Numbered from the stretch's first letter, positions 47,666 through 62,420 are shown. The stretch is 64,000 nt of DNA from Chrysomallon squamiferum (GCA_012295275.1 CM022672.1:26288001-26352000), one strand, 5' to 3'. A program made the numbers and translations. The notes: generated from the sequence alone by a model not told the origin.

Positions 47666-48511
47666 CAGGGCTATAAAATATTTGTCACTTTCACTAACCC
47701 ATTGTTGAATGCATCACCTAACTTTTGACCAGTTTGTCATCAACCAGTCTTAAACAGTTTTATTGATCAGCTCTTCATTAGTTGTAAATTTGTGCATTGG
47801 AATTGTGTTCATATTGGAACATGTTGGGCCTCTAACACTGAGTCACTTTGTAGCATCCTTCCTTGAGAATAATACATGTTCAGAGTTGTGTCCCTTCCTG
47901 TCTAGTAATCTAACCATTGAAATTAATAATTTTTTAGACGGATTGTTAAGGTGCATTGTCCGGAGGGGTATGCTGAACTGTTTCTTGATGGCCAGTGGTT
48001 TAATTTGTTAATTCAGTGGCATTTAGGAAAATTGTTCCTTGCCGAGGGAAAATTGCAGATTGTTGGAGTGAAAGATTTGAGAAAAGGTTCTTGCAATATT
48101 TGATTACTTTCATGAATAAATTTGGACGCTGCAGCAGTTTGTTGTCTGTTTGTCTTGTCTGACTCTGTCATCTGAGACAGGTTGTTTTCTCTGATAATTT
48201 GTTAAGAAAATCCAATTTGTCATGCTTTTGTATTTACACACGGTTCTATTGGGATCATGACCTCCACCATGATGTATGTGTTACACCCTCATCTTAGTGT
48301 AGTAATAAAAAGCACAATTTTTGTACATTAAATTATTGTTCTGGGATTCGAGGCATAGCATTGAGCTTCATTAGGCAGACATTCTTTCATGGAATATTTT
48401 TTTTTATTATCTCATAAAAGATAAAATGACATGAACAAAACTGTTGTTGGCATCTCATATTAAGGTGCATGCTGTAGTCATAATTCTGTAACACATATTT
48501 TTCTAAATCTG
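47666..48511 (-). mobile_element. Decayed, internally deleted mariner-like DNA transposon
   Basis: Imperfect terminal inverted repeats (cagggctataaaatatttgtcac 47666-47688; gtaacacatatttttctaaatctg 48488-48511) and ordered, frameshifted minus-strand peptide relics resembling a mariner transposase. Confidence 0.5.
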
Positions 48512-51500
48512 GTTTCAAATGAAACTAATTTTGATTTGGTTTGCTTGTTTCCACAGGGAAATTTAGGAAGTCATTATTTAAACTTTTAGTAAACATCTAG
48601 TTTTATTCTGTTATAATCTAGAATTACACAGCTGCCTTCACTTCAGATTTTTTTTAAATATATTTTTTTGGATCTTGCTTCTCTTGTGAATCTTTGTTTA
48701 AATTTATTGTTCTGAATATTTCAACTTTCCTGTTTATTTTACCTTCCATTTTTTTTTCAGATTTTGTTTGTTTCTACAGGAGAAATATAAAAAATTAAAA
48801 ATTAAAAATTAAAAAAAAGGAGAAAAAGTAGAAAAGGAACTGAAAACGTTCAGGCTGCAGTATTTTTATTATTGTTTTACTGCCCAGTTAGAACAAAGAG
48901 TGATGAATGAATGGATGGATTTAGAGAGAGAATGTTTAATAAGGATTAACTTCTTCATTATAATATAGCAAATATCAGTTGATTTCATGTAAGAAATAAG
49001 ATATATCAGTGGTTGAAATTTAGAGAACTTCATAATATTATAATAACCTGAAAGTTTTTCTGTTTATACAGCAGTTGTTTACTTTTTGATACTGTCAGTC
49101 ATTTTGTATTTATTTGTAATTATTAGGTATATACTCTGTAAAATAATGGAAACTTTTCTTTAGTGTTATTGTAAAATATTAGTCTCCAGTAGTTAGATTG
49201 TGTTGTGTCAGTAAGCCAGGGAAGAAAGCTACAGGTGGTTTTCTTATTCCAGTGCTTATGTCTGCAGATTTCACAGAAGCAGATTCTTAATGGGTAAAAA
49301 ACAAGCCTGGCATCCAAGGTTATTCACCAGTAACAGTCATATTGATAGTAAACAAAAAAGTTTTATCAGCACTTTCAAAAGTCTGTTTATTAAATAAATT
49401 AAGAGTTTAATTATATCTCCTGTAGATAGAGAAAATAATCATCAGCAATTATATTTCTTCAGTGCATCATTATAAAGTGTGATTCCTGTCTCCAGAACCC
49501 ATCTTGTTTTATTTACACAGTGGCAGAGAATAAAATGTACAGAATTTTTGCTGATGTGAAGTCAGTTTTTCTTTTTAAAAAGTACAAATTAACTCATAAA
49601 TTATAATTTTTATTGCTAGAAAAAGGTAAAGTTTTGGGGTTTTTTCCTAAATGATTGTATTGACAATGCATCTCCTAGTGCAAAGGAACATGTCATCTTA
49701 TCACACACACTACTGAGGAAATAAGTCTGCCTTTGTAATCTGGAAAGCTCAGCCAGCAGTGGTAATTACTAAGTACTGATGCTAGACTACAGTACTTGTC
49801 CACTTTCCTAAAGTAAATAAATACATCCTAGCCCGAGAGAAAATAATGCTTTTGAAACCTTTTGTGTGAGTCAGGTCCGAGTGACTTGTTAATTAGATGA
49901 AGTTGCACTCCACCTACTTGGTAATCAGAGATATCAGGCATCAGTCAGACTGGTATTGACTGCAGAGAACACATCTGCTGTTTGCTGCATGTCCTGCTGA
50001 AATAAATATGTGATTTATAAGCTTTTCAGCATTTTGAATAATATTGTTTGCAATTGGATCCTCTGATCTCATCATTTATCATAACATTCTGGTTTTGTTA
50101 TCACACTGTTTGTGTAGGATTGTAAACAAATGATGGTTTGCATGTTAAAATGAGGATACTATAGTTCATTAATTTTTTGTGTGTTTGTGTGGGATTTTTT
50201 TTTTTTTTTTCCCATAATTTTAGAATTAGTATTTTCAAAAATGTAGAATCCAGATTTCTTTCTGATTATTTAAAATCAGAAATAGTCACACATATATGTA
50301 TTTTTGATATCACTATAAAATAGAGCCCTGACTCAGGTGTTTAAGAATTGATATATAAAACTGAAAAAAGAAATAAAATATAAATTAATCTGTTACAAAA
50401 ACCATTTTATATGTTGGTTTGGGTTAATATTCCTGTGTGGAAGCAATTTCTTGAACATAAATAATTGATTGGTAATACCAGTATAACAGTACACTCAGGA
50501 ATTGAATGTCTTCATGTATTGCACTAAACTAACAAACATTACACATACCACACATGATATTAAATACCCTATTGTTACTTTTTATGATAATGTGGTGTAT
50601 GTATTTAACTGAATGTCAAATATCCTGTGGATAATGTAAATAAGAATAAATTGAAACTTGGAGATGTTGAATTGTCTGAGACACGATCACTCCTAGGATC
50701 TGTCCTGCAAATTACGCCTACTGTTCAAAGTACACTCCCAAAAACGTTTTTTTTTTTTTTTTTTTTTTTGACTTTTTGTCATGGGGAGAAGAACAAAACA
50801 TTTTGATGACCAGTGAGATCAAATTAACAAACATTTATCTTTATTTTTAATTTTAGTTAATTTTTTTTTTTTTTATTTATTCTTTAGTTTATTTTTTATA
50901 GTAGTCAGTCTATGGATTGATCCAAAAAAAAAAAAAAAAAAAAATAAAAATAAAACTTTTGTGGTCATTTTTGCGTGGTTGAGCAATGAGTCACACAAGA
51001 AGGGATATAATTTAGCCAGGTTCTGTCATGTCAGGTTCATTTCCTGTCAGTCCTCAAGCAGTGGTTGGCAACCTCCTTTTTCACAGAAATGTATAATGTA
51101 ATCTTTGTTCTGGATCATGATCCTGTCATACCAACACATTAAATTCTCATGTCGCTTTTTCTCTAGTAATTGGATTTCCATCTCTCATATCAAAAATTCA
51201 AAAAATTAAAATGACCCTTCTTCAAAATTAAAGAAAATGTTCATCTTCATCTAAATGCCATCAAAAATTTCAGATGAAAATGGCTTTTGAAATAATCGAT
51301 CTTTCAAATTTATTTTATATTATGTAATTGTTGCAAAATGTAATATTAACTGATACTTGTCTTCTCTGTCATCTTCTTACATTTGTTAGCAACAATATAT
51401 ATTTCTAAAAATAATATATTACTGCTTATAATATGATAATGTATTACTGTTTCATAAATATGATGTTTGTGAGGATGTGTATCTATATCTGTATCTGTAT

Positions 51501-54500
51501 GTGTATATGTATGTATGTAAGTATGAATACAAATGTATATATATCATTTAGGTGAGTACTATGGCTTTATTGGGTTTTTTTGTTTTTTATTGATACATGC
51601 ATTATTTATTTCTTGTGTTAGCAGAATTCTTGGCACAAATCTTAAAACCATTCCTTGTTTTCTGTTCATCAATCATCTCTTTGGATGAATGTTTGTAATT
51701 TGTTAAACAGCACATTTAAGTGCTGTCAGCATGTGAATGCTTCTATAGACACTCTCAGTCTACATATACAACAATGTGGGAATGGGTGTGGATTATTACA
51801 GGTTTAACAGCTATTCAGTATCAATCAGTAAAAAGATTTATTTAAATGCACAGATGACTGATCTGGTGTCATAGAAGTGATTTCGGTGTTATTTAAATTT
51901 AATAAGTCTTAACATTTAGTTTTAAGCTAAATTATTCAAAATATATAATAAGATTGTTTTTTTTTGTTTTTTTAAATTATTTTATAGCCATGTTTGATAT
52001 TTCAGTTGTATAAAGCATGGCAGGGGATGAAACAATGAAACACAAGTTAAAATTGTGTTTCAAATTGTAACATACAAGAACTAGTTTTTAAATGACTGCC
52101 ATTCTAAAAAAAAAAAAAAAAAACAAACAAATCTACAAAAGAAGGAGAACAAAGGCATGTATGGTAAAGCATGCAGGTCAGCATCTTTTGGTGTCAAGAT
52201 GATTGAACAAACATACAAGCTGAATTTACCCGTGAGATTCATCTCTGAAAAGCAAATGGTATTTTGGGTGCCAGTTGAAGCAGAAAATAAGATTAAAAGT
52301 GTCACATTGATAAAAGCTTATGGACATGAGTGTTTGAATCCTGGCTACATACAAACAATGTGATGTGTTTAAACTGATTAGTTGTAGTGGAGTGGCCTGT
52401 TGATTGGAAACTGCTGGTCATGAAGTCAATTGACTCAGAACTGAGAATGATTTTATTTCTTCTGGTTTATCTATGCCAGAGAACAGCATTTATTACTAAG
52501 TTAAAAAAATTACACTATGTAAAGAAGTTGTTTGTAAAAGTTTTTCAGTTTCTTATAGAATTTTAAAATATTGACTTTTGCCAGATAGAATGAGCATCTA
52601 GAAATCACAGATTGACCTGAAAGGGATTTCATAAAGGAATGGTAAAATCATTTTTTTATTAAATGATAAATAAATAATCTTTCAGTAATGTGAAGCTCAG
52701 ACTTTTTGCACTGTCATCAGCTAAAATGTTCTTGATGTTGAGTATGGCCTTGCAAGCTCCAATTCAATTACAGTACATTCTCACCAGCAGTCTTTGACAT
52801 GCTGTTTGCAGTGGCAGTAAATTAATGGGTCTGTGGAAACCCACTTTGTCCTCTGCTGGTTCAGCTGAGTAATCCAAACTGAAAATTATTAGATGCATTT
52901 TGTGTCTGAAAAAAGGTTTCACTTGTATACAATTTTTTTTTTTTTTTTTTTATCCAGTTGCTTATTTACTTTTATTTTTAAAAATATGTGTTTCAGCTAT
53001 TATTTTTTTCATTTTTTTTTAAATGGTTATTTTAATTTCTTTTTCACTGACAATTCAACAAACAACACGAAACATAGTTAACAAGTTAATATGAATTTAA
53101 TAATATCAATTTTGATTAACATTGCTATTCTGCATTGATAAATGTAAAGACAAGTAGTTAAAAACACAAATACTAAGTATTAATAGTTTTTGTTGAATAT
53201 AGGTTAAGTAGAATTTTATTCACTATCTTTAAATTTATTCAAAATAGTAAACAGATTACAGATACTCTCATTCAAATTAAGAAAAACCCTGATAAAGTTA
53301 ATAAAAATGAAAATGAATTTAAATGTATTGACAGATCGTGTCTTGCATTATGAATCCCAGACAGACTGCATTCATACAGCTAGACTGATCAGAATTGTCT
53401 GTGCTTTGTAGGTCATTGAATATCTAGTTTTGTTTGACAGATCTAATAAGAATAGGCAGTGTGTCTGATTTGGTGCTTTTTTGTCAGTCTCAAGTACTTC
53501 ATCAGATACAACTACATGAAGCTTAATTTCAGACATAAAATAAGTTCTGTATGAAGAAATGCTTCATTTTTGTTCAGAGTTGTGAATGCATTGTTATTGC
53601 TTTAAATTACATCTGTGGGAAGATCTTGAAAACAAAAACCATTGTTATATCATTACAAATAATCAGACTGTAGGCACAAAAGACTAAAATTAGCACTCAT
53701 TTCTAAAGTATTCACTGAGAGGAGAACCATCTTGCTTTCAGTCCTGAAGGCATCTGTCACTAATCAGGTGGCTAGCTGATTTAATTAACACCAAGTACCG
53801 GTGTCTAAATTGTGGCTGTAGGACATTTTAATAAGGTTACCAAGACTCTTTGAGGACAGTTAAGATGCCTCTCCTCTAGAGAAAAGTATAGAGACTAAAA
53901 TTATGTAAAATTATATATAACTTTGTCTTTTATTTAACTGTAGTTTGAATGTTTTCTTTTTCAAAATCCACTAATCAATCTTACATTTCTCACTGTAGGA
54001 ATGTCTCTTGATGGCACAATTTACAAATGACCTTTGTTACTGTTAGGGTTGAATGATAGGTTCTCCATCATGTATTATTCCCCTGTGAGTTGGCCTGTGT
54101 TAATATATCTTTATGACACTGGTATTTTCTTCTGCAGTCTGGAGAACCTATGTGTTCATGTTCTGCATGTAGCAAAATTTTTATGCTTGGCTCTGACACA
54201 ATTCTGACATTATTCATTAAATCTTGTCACTTTAAGATATATGCGTAATAAATTGTGCAAAGTCCTTGGCGACATAGTAATTTAAAAATGGCAGCATTAT
54301 GACCTGAGGCTGGCTGGCTCAAGTCCACTCTAAGGACATGCAAGATGTTTGGTCATATACAAGTAGACTTCATCACAGATAATATCTGCTTTAATCTAGT
54401 GAAAAACAAACAAAAACAGTTAACAGAAAATCACCTTAATATAATAATTAGTCTTACAGAAAACAAAAATATATACAATTAAACCATAAGTATGTACAGA

Positions 54501-57500
54501 AATTTTAAAATCCTTCCATTAATTTAGCAGAAAGATTTGAATCATCAGCTTATAAATAATACTACAGTAAAAAAGGGGGGAACATTTTTTTTTAATAATA
54601 CTGAAAAAAGAAAGAAAAACAGAATCTGTTTATTATTACAACATAAATGGTAACCCATTATTTTTCTTTCGTAAACAATTTTATCTGATGTCATTGAAGT
54701 AGTTAATAGACTGGAAGTGTTGGTTCTAAGCTGTGACTGTCAGTTTTAAAGTATGGCTGGCTCCTAGCCAGTCTGTCCAAGAGTTGCTGTAAGTTTGAAG
54801 TGCATTTATTTAATGTATGTCTGTAAAATGTATGTTTTCTGACTGAATGTCAAGTGAGGTCAATTACAGATTTTCCTATCTCAGGCCAGTGTTAAAATTA
54901 CAACAGATGTCAGTGTGAACATATTGAATTATTTCTGTTTAGGTGTTACACTGTTGTTTTATTTAAATAAACTCACTTTTACATCTCTCCTCTTATTCAG
55001 AATTAATCTGATAATTCTTGACCAAGTCTGATGAACAGGAATGCTGGTAATGCAGTTAGTAAATAAGATTAATACTGTAGTAACTGGATCACAATTTATA
55101 CATACAATCTACATTTTTTTCCCTACATAACTTTGATCTTCATTGTAAGAAAAGTATCAGTTACTGTTGGGTAAAAGAACATTTGTCTGAATTATTTTAT
55201 GCTTTGAATGTTGAGAAATTTAAAACCTAATAAGTGTGTGCATATACATATCGATGTGATGGTATAAATACAGCATATATTTTATTTCATTATTTTGAGA
55301 AAATAAAGTTTGTGTTTTGTTATGAAACATTTGAAAGAAGAGAAGAAAAAATAAATCTAATAATAAAAAGCTAAAGAAATATTTTTTTATTTAGATAGTA
55401 AGGAAATTAGTTTTCATGTATTGGCTGACAACTACATTCGCAATTATTTGAAAACAGATGTCACAGAAGGCATTTAGCATCACCACACAAATCAATATCA
55501 TCTCTGCAGCCAGGTGGGTTTAATACTAACTTCATTAGTTTGCTTCAGACAGAGTGTATTGAGAGAAGGAAACACACTGTGAATGGGGTTCCCAAAAAAA
55601 CGGAACTCCACAAATGGTCTTGTTTCACAGCAATACATGAAGAGGATAAAGTTGAACAGTATCTTTGAACACATTCATCTTCGTTTCTAGTTCACTAGCA
55701 ACTGATGAGAAAGTTTTAGTCAGTGTGTTGAGATTTGTTGTGTTTTTTGTTCAGTGTGTCTACTTCTGAATTTATTTTTAAATTTTTAAAATTGTGTCAT
55801 TTTCTTGAAATCTGAATTGATACAGATTTCAAAAGTTGTTTTATATTCTAATTAAATTCATTGGTATCATTTAGTGATTTTATTTTAAAAAATAATATCC
55901 AATATTTCAAATTGGAACATCTTATAATTTGGAGTAGTATAATTTTATTTTTATATTGTAAAATAATTAATTCTGATATTGCAGTTAATTATAATTATTT
56001 ATCCTTAATTAAATATTTTTTACTACTACTGCTAATAATAATAAATATTAAAAATAGAAAAGAATTTGCACAAAAAAAACTAACAAAAATGTTAATGAAA
56101 ATCTGGCCTGTTCACAGCAAATGATTTTTATAAGAAATTGTTTTAGGAGTGTTGAAAATGTACATTAAAAAAGTTTGAGGAAAAGGTAAACACCTGACAC
56201 TCACAAATAGGAACTCATCATTTGTACTGTGATGTTGCTGTGAAAACAATCGGGCACACAGCCAAAGATGTGAAGTCTTGTCTTGCAAAGCTGTATGGAT
56301 TTTCCATACACTGATGCTGGCAATTACTTAAAAAGTATATATTATTTTGGAGGTGTTAAGTGTACATACGTTGGGCATCCTCTTACCCTGGGGCCCTTGG
56401 CCAGCTGATTGGACCTAAGCCAGTTAACATTCATTACAATCTAACAAAATGCTGAAAGGCTTTTGGTTGGTCACCTTCATTGACTAGCAGCCAGTGTAAT
56501 CACAGAGCTAAGAACCTATAGCTAGCTGGCAGACTTGGTAACCATCATTTCCTCACAGCAGAGAATTCCACTGTGCAGGACTGATGAATTGACACTTAAA
56601 GTATTGTGTGGGATGGTGCTGATAACAAGAGGAATATATTGTTTCCTCTTTTGTAATAAAAGCTTCTCGTTTTAATTTTCTTCATCAGTGTTCTTGACAG
56701 TCTGTGAGTAACAGAGAATGTCATAGATATTTATCTGCTGCTTTACTTTTATGACATACAGAAATAATGTTCAGAATTGCCAAGACTTAATGGATTATGA
56801 GCTATCAACTACAGCAGAGATTATTACTGTAGAAGATTATGTGCATCAAGGTGTGAAGAAGTTTCCTGAAAATGAATAAATGCCATTTCCACTGACAAGC
56901 TCTCAACATAATTAGCTCAAAGTTAGCTGACAGCTTCCACTAGAGGTTCAGAAAAACAACAAGTAAATTAACTTGGATGAAGAAACCTGACATGTTGTCA
57001 TGTGTGTCATAGTCAGTTTGCTTTCCTTGTGTTTGTTTATTGGTCATTTTGTTTGTGACTGACAAGAGCTTGACAAACATATTAGAAATGTAATATAGCA
57101 GACTCTGAAAATCTCACACTGAGTTTGGTGTCTGCTACTGCTGGTGCTGACATATTGGCTTGCATCACTTTTTCTTTTTTTCATTAATAATTAATTCTGG
57201 CTTTTACTGAAGTATCTTAGCATAAACTGTTTTCATTCTACTGGAATATTTGTTATTCATAATTTATTGATGTTAAAGAAGTTACCAGAACACTGTCAGT
57301 GGAATGGTAAATATGAAATATGAAAAACTTCACCTGTTTGAAAGTCAGTTTTCTGGAAGAAAATCTGTATAAAACAGGCTGCATCATGATAATACCTGAT
57401 AACTTTTTCTCAAATATCAACATGCTGCAGTTCAAATAATTTGGAGTTAACTGAAACCTCAGTGCCCTGGCAGCTGCATCTTTCAGATATTTATTCCAGG

Positions 57501-57674
57501 TAAATCAACTTTGATGACAAATTGATTTCTGGAAAAAGTTTGATTTGATGAACAGTAGGAGGTTATTTTATTTCCAGAAGAACATATTTGTTAAAAAAAA
57601 ACAACTGACATTTGATTATTTAGATTTTTTCATCCATTTTGCCATTCTGCTTTTGAGAAGTTTATATCCATCAG

Positions 57675-58199
57675 AATGCCTTCTTCATCAGTAAACCTTT
57701 ATCACCAAGCTTTCTCTCTTTCGGATTTTGCTTCACCATGGAAAACAACTGCTCGATCAAGTTGGATTTATGTCGACATGGAAAAAGATGTCAGAGAAAG
57801 CAAGAGTGATAGTTCCGATTGTTCTTACAGTATTTCGACTACAACCAGCTTCAGTAGTTTATACAAGATTCCAGAAAAAATTCGCAAACTTTCATGTTCT
57901 TCTGATTGTAGTGCCTGTAAGGCAACAAGCTTTGTAAAACTTCTCTTTGACACTGCTGCAGATTTGTGGAAAGACAATCCTGATCGAGATCTCTATAACA
58001 CTTTTTCTGTATCTGAAGATGATCTCACCAGTGCAATTGCTCATCTTGAACAAAAACTTGGTACACCAGCTTACAATCATGAAGGCTTTTCAAATGGTAT
58101 AATATTTAGAAACAAACCTCAAAATGAATACCTTAAAAAAGAACTTCATCCTAGAATCAGCTTTATTTTGGACAGTTACTGCAATATTTATATGGTCAG
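57675..58199 (+). CDS. Candidate alternative SLK exon (alternative first exon from ATG 57676, or 525-nt phase 2-2 cassette)
   Basis: 175-codon non-repetitive ORF ending at GTCAG|GTAAGA (phase 2) and preceded by atcag|A ATG. Confidence 0.6.
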
Positions 58200-59097
58200 G
58201 TAAGAAATTCAAATATTAACTGTATTGTTGTTTTTAATTCTGAAAGTATTGAGTTATTCTGTGCTTAGCCTTAATGACAGACATCTTAATTTAAACAAAT
58301 CTTTTGTCCATTTTTGTCATTTTTATTGTTAAAATCTACTCCCCCACCCTCAAATAACATCATTATCTTCAAGTATACATTATTTTGACTTTTTGCTCCA
58401 AGTTAAAATAATCTTTTTTTTTAACTATTCATTTTCACATTGATTGTACACATGTTAAGCAGTGATTTTCAGTACTGTTAAGTATTCATCAATTCCATTA
58501 TTCAGTGATAACTTGCAGCAATATGGGAAAACTGTTGCATATGAATATTGTATGTTTTGTGGCATCATAACTGGTTGTTATTCTAGTTTTTGTATATTTA
58601 TTTGATATTAATAAAAAAAAATGGATTTTATTATTACTGTTATATCAGTAATATTCTAATTTGTATGATTACAGACTTACACTCAGTTGGTTAAAATATT
58701 TATTGTCTTAATCAGTTATCACACAAACTTATGTTGACAGTTTTAGAAATGCAGTTATTTAGACATGCAAAAGTGCTAGTTTAAATAATAATTAACTATA
58801 AAATTAGTCCAGAATGTTTTTTTGGGGGTTGCTTGATTGTTCTAGGGATAGTTTTATTTATTATTATTAGTGTAGTTGTTATTATTATTATTATATTTAT
58901 TTGTTTTAATGAAAGATTAGAGTAGGTTATTTTTGATGAAAATCCTATTTCTTTAGAATATAAAGCCTTTATAATATTTTCAAGATTCTTGACATAGATA
59001 GGCACTCATTTCTGAGAGTTACTATAGCAAGACAGATGAGCATTTTCACTCACTTAACACATCTTCCTAATCATTCTTCAGTTTAAAAAAAATAAAA

Positions 59098-59103
<6 letters not shown>

Positions 59104-59152
<49 letters not shown>

Positions 59153-59200
59153 CATAATACATACACATGCACACACACACATGAACACACACACACACAT
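59104..59200. repeat. (TA)n followed by (CA)n-rich microsatellite
   Basis: Direct reading. Confidence 0.9.
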
Positions 59201-59934
59201 AAATAAATAAATAATAATAGTAATACTGATTAAATTAGAAATTAAAAAAGAAAGTTATATAAAATTCAAGATGTAAAAACACAGCTAATGTCATATAAAA
59301 TATAAATATAATTATTAAATAACTAAAACTTGCATTCAGTTGACTGGCTGTTAGGTGTGTGGATTATCTAACAGACAGACTAGACTTTATCTAGATTTGA
59401 TCCTTAAATTAAAACAAGTATACTATCAGACATATTAATATAGAGAAGTCACCCAGGCAGACACAAACTGTCCTTATTCCTGATTTATCATGTATAGCAG
59501 TTCCTTGAATCCTGATGTTTAGGAAAAGAAAAAATACAACAGGCGTTAAATATGTATCAATTTATTCTAAATAACATTAGTCTCTAGTTTTCATTCTTTA
59601 TTTCTATGAGACAGTAAAAATAACAACTTTGAATAATTTCTAAGGCCTATTTTATAATAGAAAGTCTATTTTCAACACATTCATTTTAATACTGCATGAA
59701 AGATTTTGTGATATTCAAACTGTAGCATCTGAGTTATTGTATTTTAGAATTTGTGATATTTTGCTTATAAACAGAGTGGAGCTGAATTTATCAAAAGAGC
59801 CATACTATAAAATTATGGATGATCATACATAGTTTATAGAAACATCTGGACCAGTATTGATTGTTACTATAATCCTCACATAACTGGTTAGTGCACTTAG
59901 GCTTGCCTGTCTGTACCAGGTGATTTAGCTTATA

Positions 59935-60312
59935 GGAATTTGTAATAAAATAATTCTAAATTAAATCGGACTCCAGACAGAACCAAAGCTTAACTGTGAA
60001 ATTGATACATATTTTATTGTATGTGTAATGTGCATTTGAATCAGCTAGTGTGTGTGTGTGTTTTTGAGATATATATATGAATTTTAAAAATGAAGAAGCC
60101 AGGCATCTGCACAATATTTGTAGAGTAAGCCACGTATTGATTGAAATTCAAACATCCGTACCCAAAGAAAATGTGTATTACTTTCACCTAGCAGGCCATT
60201 TTATTGTACAGGAATGTAATAAAATGTTCTAAATTAAGTCAAGGCTACAAATAGAACTAAAGCCAAACTCTACAAGTGATACATATTTTATTGCATACCA
60301 TTTTAGTGTGTG
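59935..60312. repeat. Diverged direct duplication of about 95 bp (59935-60030 and 60211-60305)
   Basis: ggaat(t)tgtaataaaat..ttctaaattaa...agaac.aaagc...tgatacatattttattg occurs in both copies. Confidence 0.7.
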
Positions 60313-60403
60313 TTACCTTTAGTATTTATTAATTGTGAAATCTGTGAATTAACTCATATTTGATAAATGCTATTTTTTCTGAAAGTTTTCATTGTCTATT
60401 CTT

Positions 60404-60461
60404 CTCTCTCTCTCTTTCTCTCTGTCTCTTTCTCTCTCACACACACACAGACACACACACA

Positions 60462-60517
<56 letters not shown>
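60404..60517. repeat. (TC)n(AC)n microsatellite
   Basis: Direct reading. Confidence 0.92.
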
Positions 60518-60518
<1 letters not shown>

Positions 60519-62376
60519 CAAATGGTCTACTGTCTGTTATAATAGGAATAGTTATATTCCTGTGACCTATACTAAATGTCTGGACTGAAGTGTCTCGACA
60601 TCCTCATGTGGGGTTAACATACTGCTCTACCTTTACCAGTCTTTTTATTGATGTGTGGAATGGACATAAATGTATTATATATCTCATGAGTCTTTATCCT
60701 GACATATACTTTTGAAAATGTGCCAGATTATTACGTGGTCTTTTTTTTTTCCTTTACAGAGAATTGAGTAAGCTTTACATGAATGTAATTGCGAAATGTT
60801 TCTGAATCATGCAGATGTTTGTGTGTCTATTGATCTGCAATTCATTTTTTTTTTGGTAACACATAATTTATACCTACACTTGTAATTATGAAACATATAT
60901 AAAGCTTAACTGATTTTCAAAAAGAAAATTTTAAAAGCAAGTTACTATAAAAAAAAATTATACTTAACTTTTAATTCAATTAATTAATATTATTTCTTTA
61001 TTAATATGTATTTAATAAAACAGGATAAAACTAAGGACATTTTAATTTTGGAGAATCTTTATTAAGTATTTCTGACTGCTTCAGAATGTTTTAATATATG
61101 ACTCTATATGGCCAAAATGATTTATTTAATAATAAATATAATAAATATATGTATAGTCTTCTTTAAAAAATACTCAGGAGAAATATGAATGCTATCTGTC
61201 AGCTGCACCAGTATGTAAACTGACCATTGAACAGTTTAAACATATGTGCTATAATTAAAAACAACAATGAAAATTAAGAAAAAGAAGAAAACAACCAACT
61301 GATAAAAACATTTATGTCATCATAAAAACTTTGATGCTATGCTTTTTGTATATATATGATGTATTTTCTTAATCTAGAACTGATTGACACAATTAAGAAT
61401 TGGGTGTGAGACTAAGAACTATACAAATGTTTTGTTTTAAGAAAACACTCATTTTAACAATGTGACATCTTTACACAGAAGTATTTATAAGACTGTTACG
61501 TACACTGTACGACACAACTGTACACATTCAGGTGAGAAATATTTAACCTTACTGTAAAAACTGAATTGTCTGACTCATTCTGTCATTTGTTTCCACTCAA
61601 TCTGTGGTTTGTTGTCAAACTGTGTTTACTTGTCCGAGACAATTGTGTGTGCTGTGTTGTTCATTGGTTGCCTCACTAGGTCACGTTCATTAAGGTCATC
61701 CTTTTATTCACCTGTGAAGCAGGTTTGCAGTGTTACGTTACTATCAAGTATAGTTATCACAAGTTATGTTTTATGTTTGTTATGATTATATATATATATA
61801 TATTTTCTATGACCATAAACATCTGATTTTCTTAACAGACAGTCAATAACAAACTTATTTCATTTGGTAGTCAAATTAGATATTCATTTTGTTATTTTTC
61901 CATTTATTCTTGTATCTTAAGAAAATATTAATAAGAAAGAATATATATTAAATTGAAAACTTTGTGGTTATATATAATATTAAATTATTTTATCAAGAAA
62001 TGTAATGATGAACTAGTATTTTTACTAACTATCTGCCAATTTAAACAGAATTTACATTATTTTATTTCACTTAATTATTATGATATAACTATAAATGATA
62101 TTCATAGAACAGTCTGGGAAATCTTGGTTACGAAATCTTGATTTGAAAAAAATAATTATAAAAAATTAAATATATTTTAGAGATGCAAGAAATACTATAT
62201 TTTTTCTGTTTCTGTCAGTTAGTTGTATTATTAACATTAAAATATATTTTTGGCTATTTCTGATAATGGTAAATGCAACAAAATATTAAAAGCTCCATGT
62301 CAAAATGAATATATGATACATTTGAACATATTCTACATTATATTAGTCTCTTTCTCTTTTTTAAATAAAAATGTTT

Positions 62377-62420
<44 letters not shown>

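Noticed and set aside
51433-51551. ATG-containing frame ending at AG|GTGAGT in phase 2 (a third possible alternative first exon)
   Set aside because: The frame derives from TATG/TGTA microsatellite-like sequence (MCIYICICMC...), so the ATGs and phase match are expected by chance.
61490-61540. CAG|GTGAGA donor in SLK intron 13
   Set aside because: No in-phase upstream ATG or clear acceptor.
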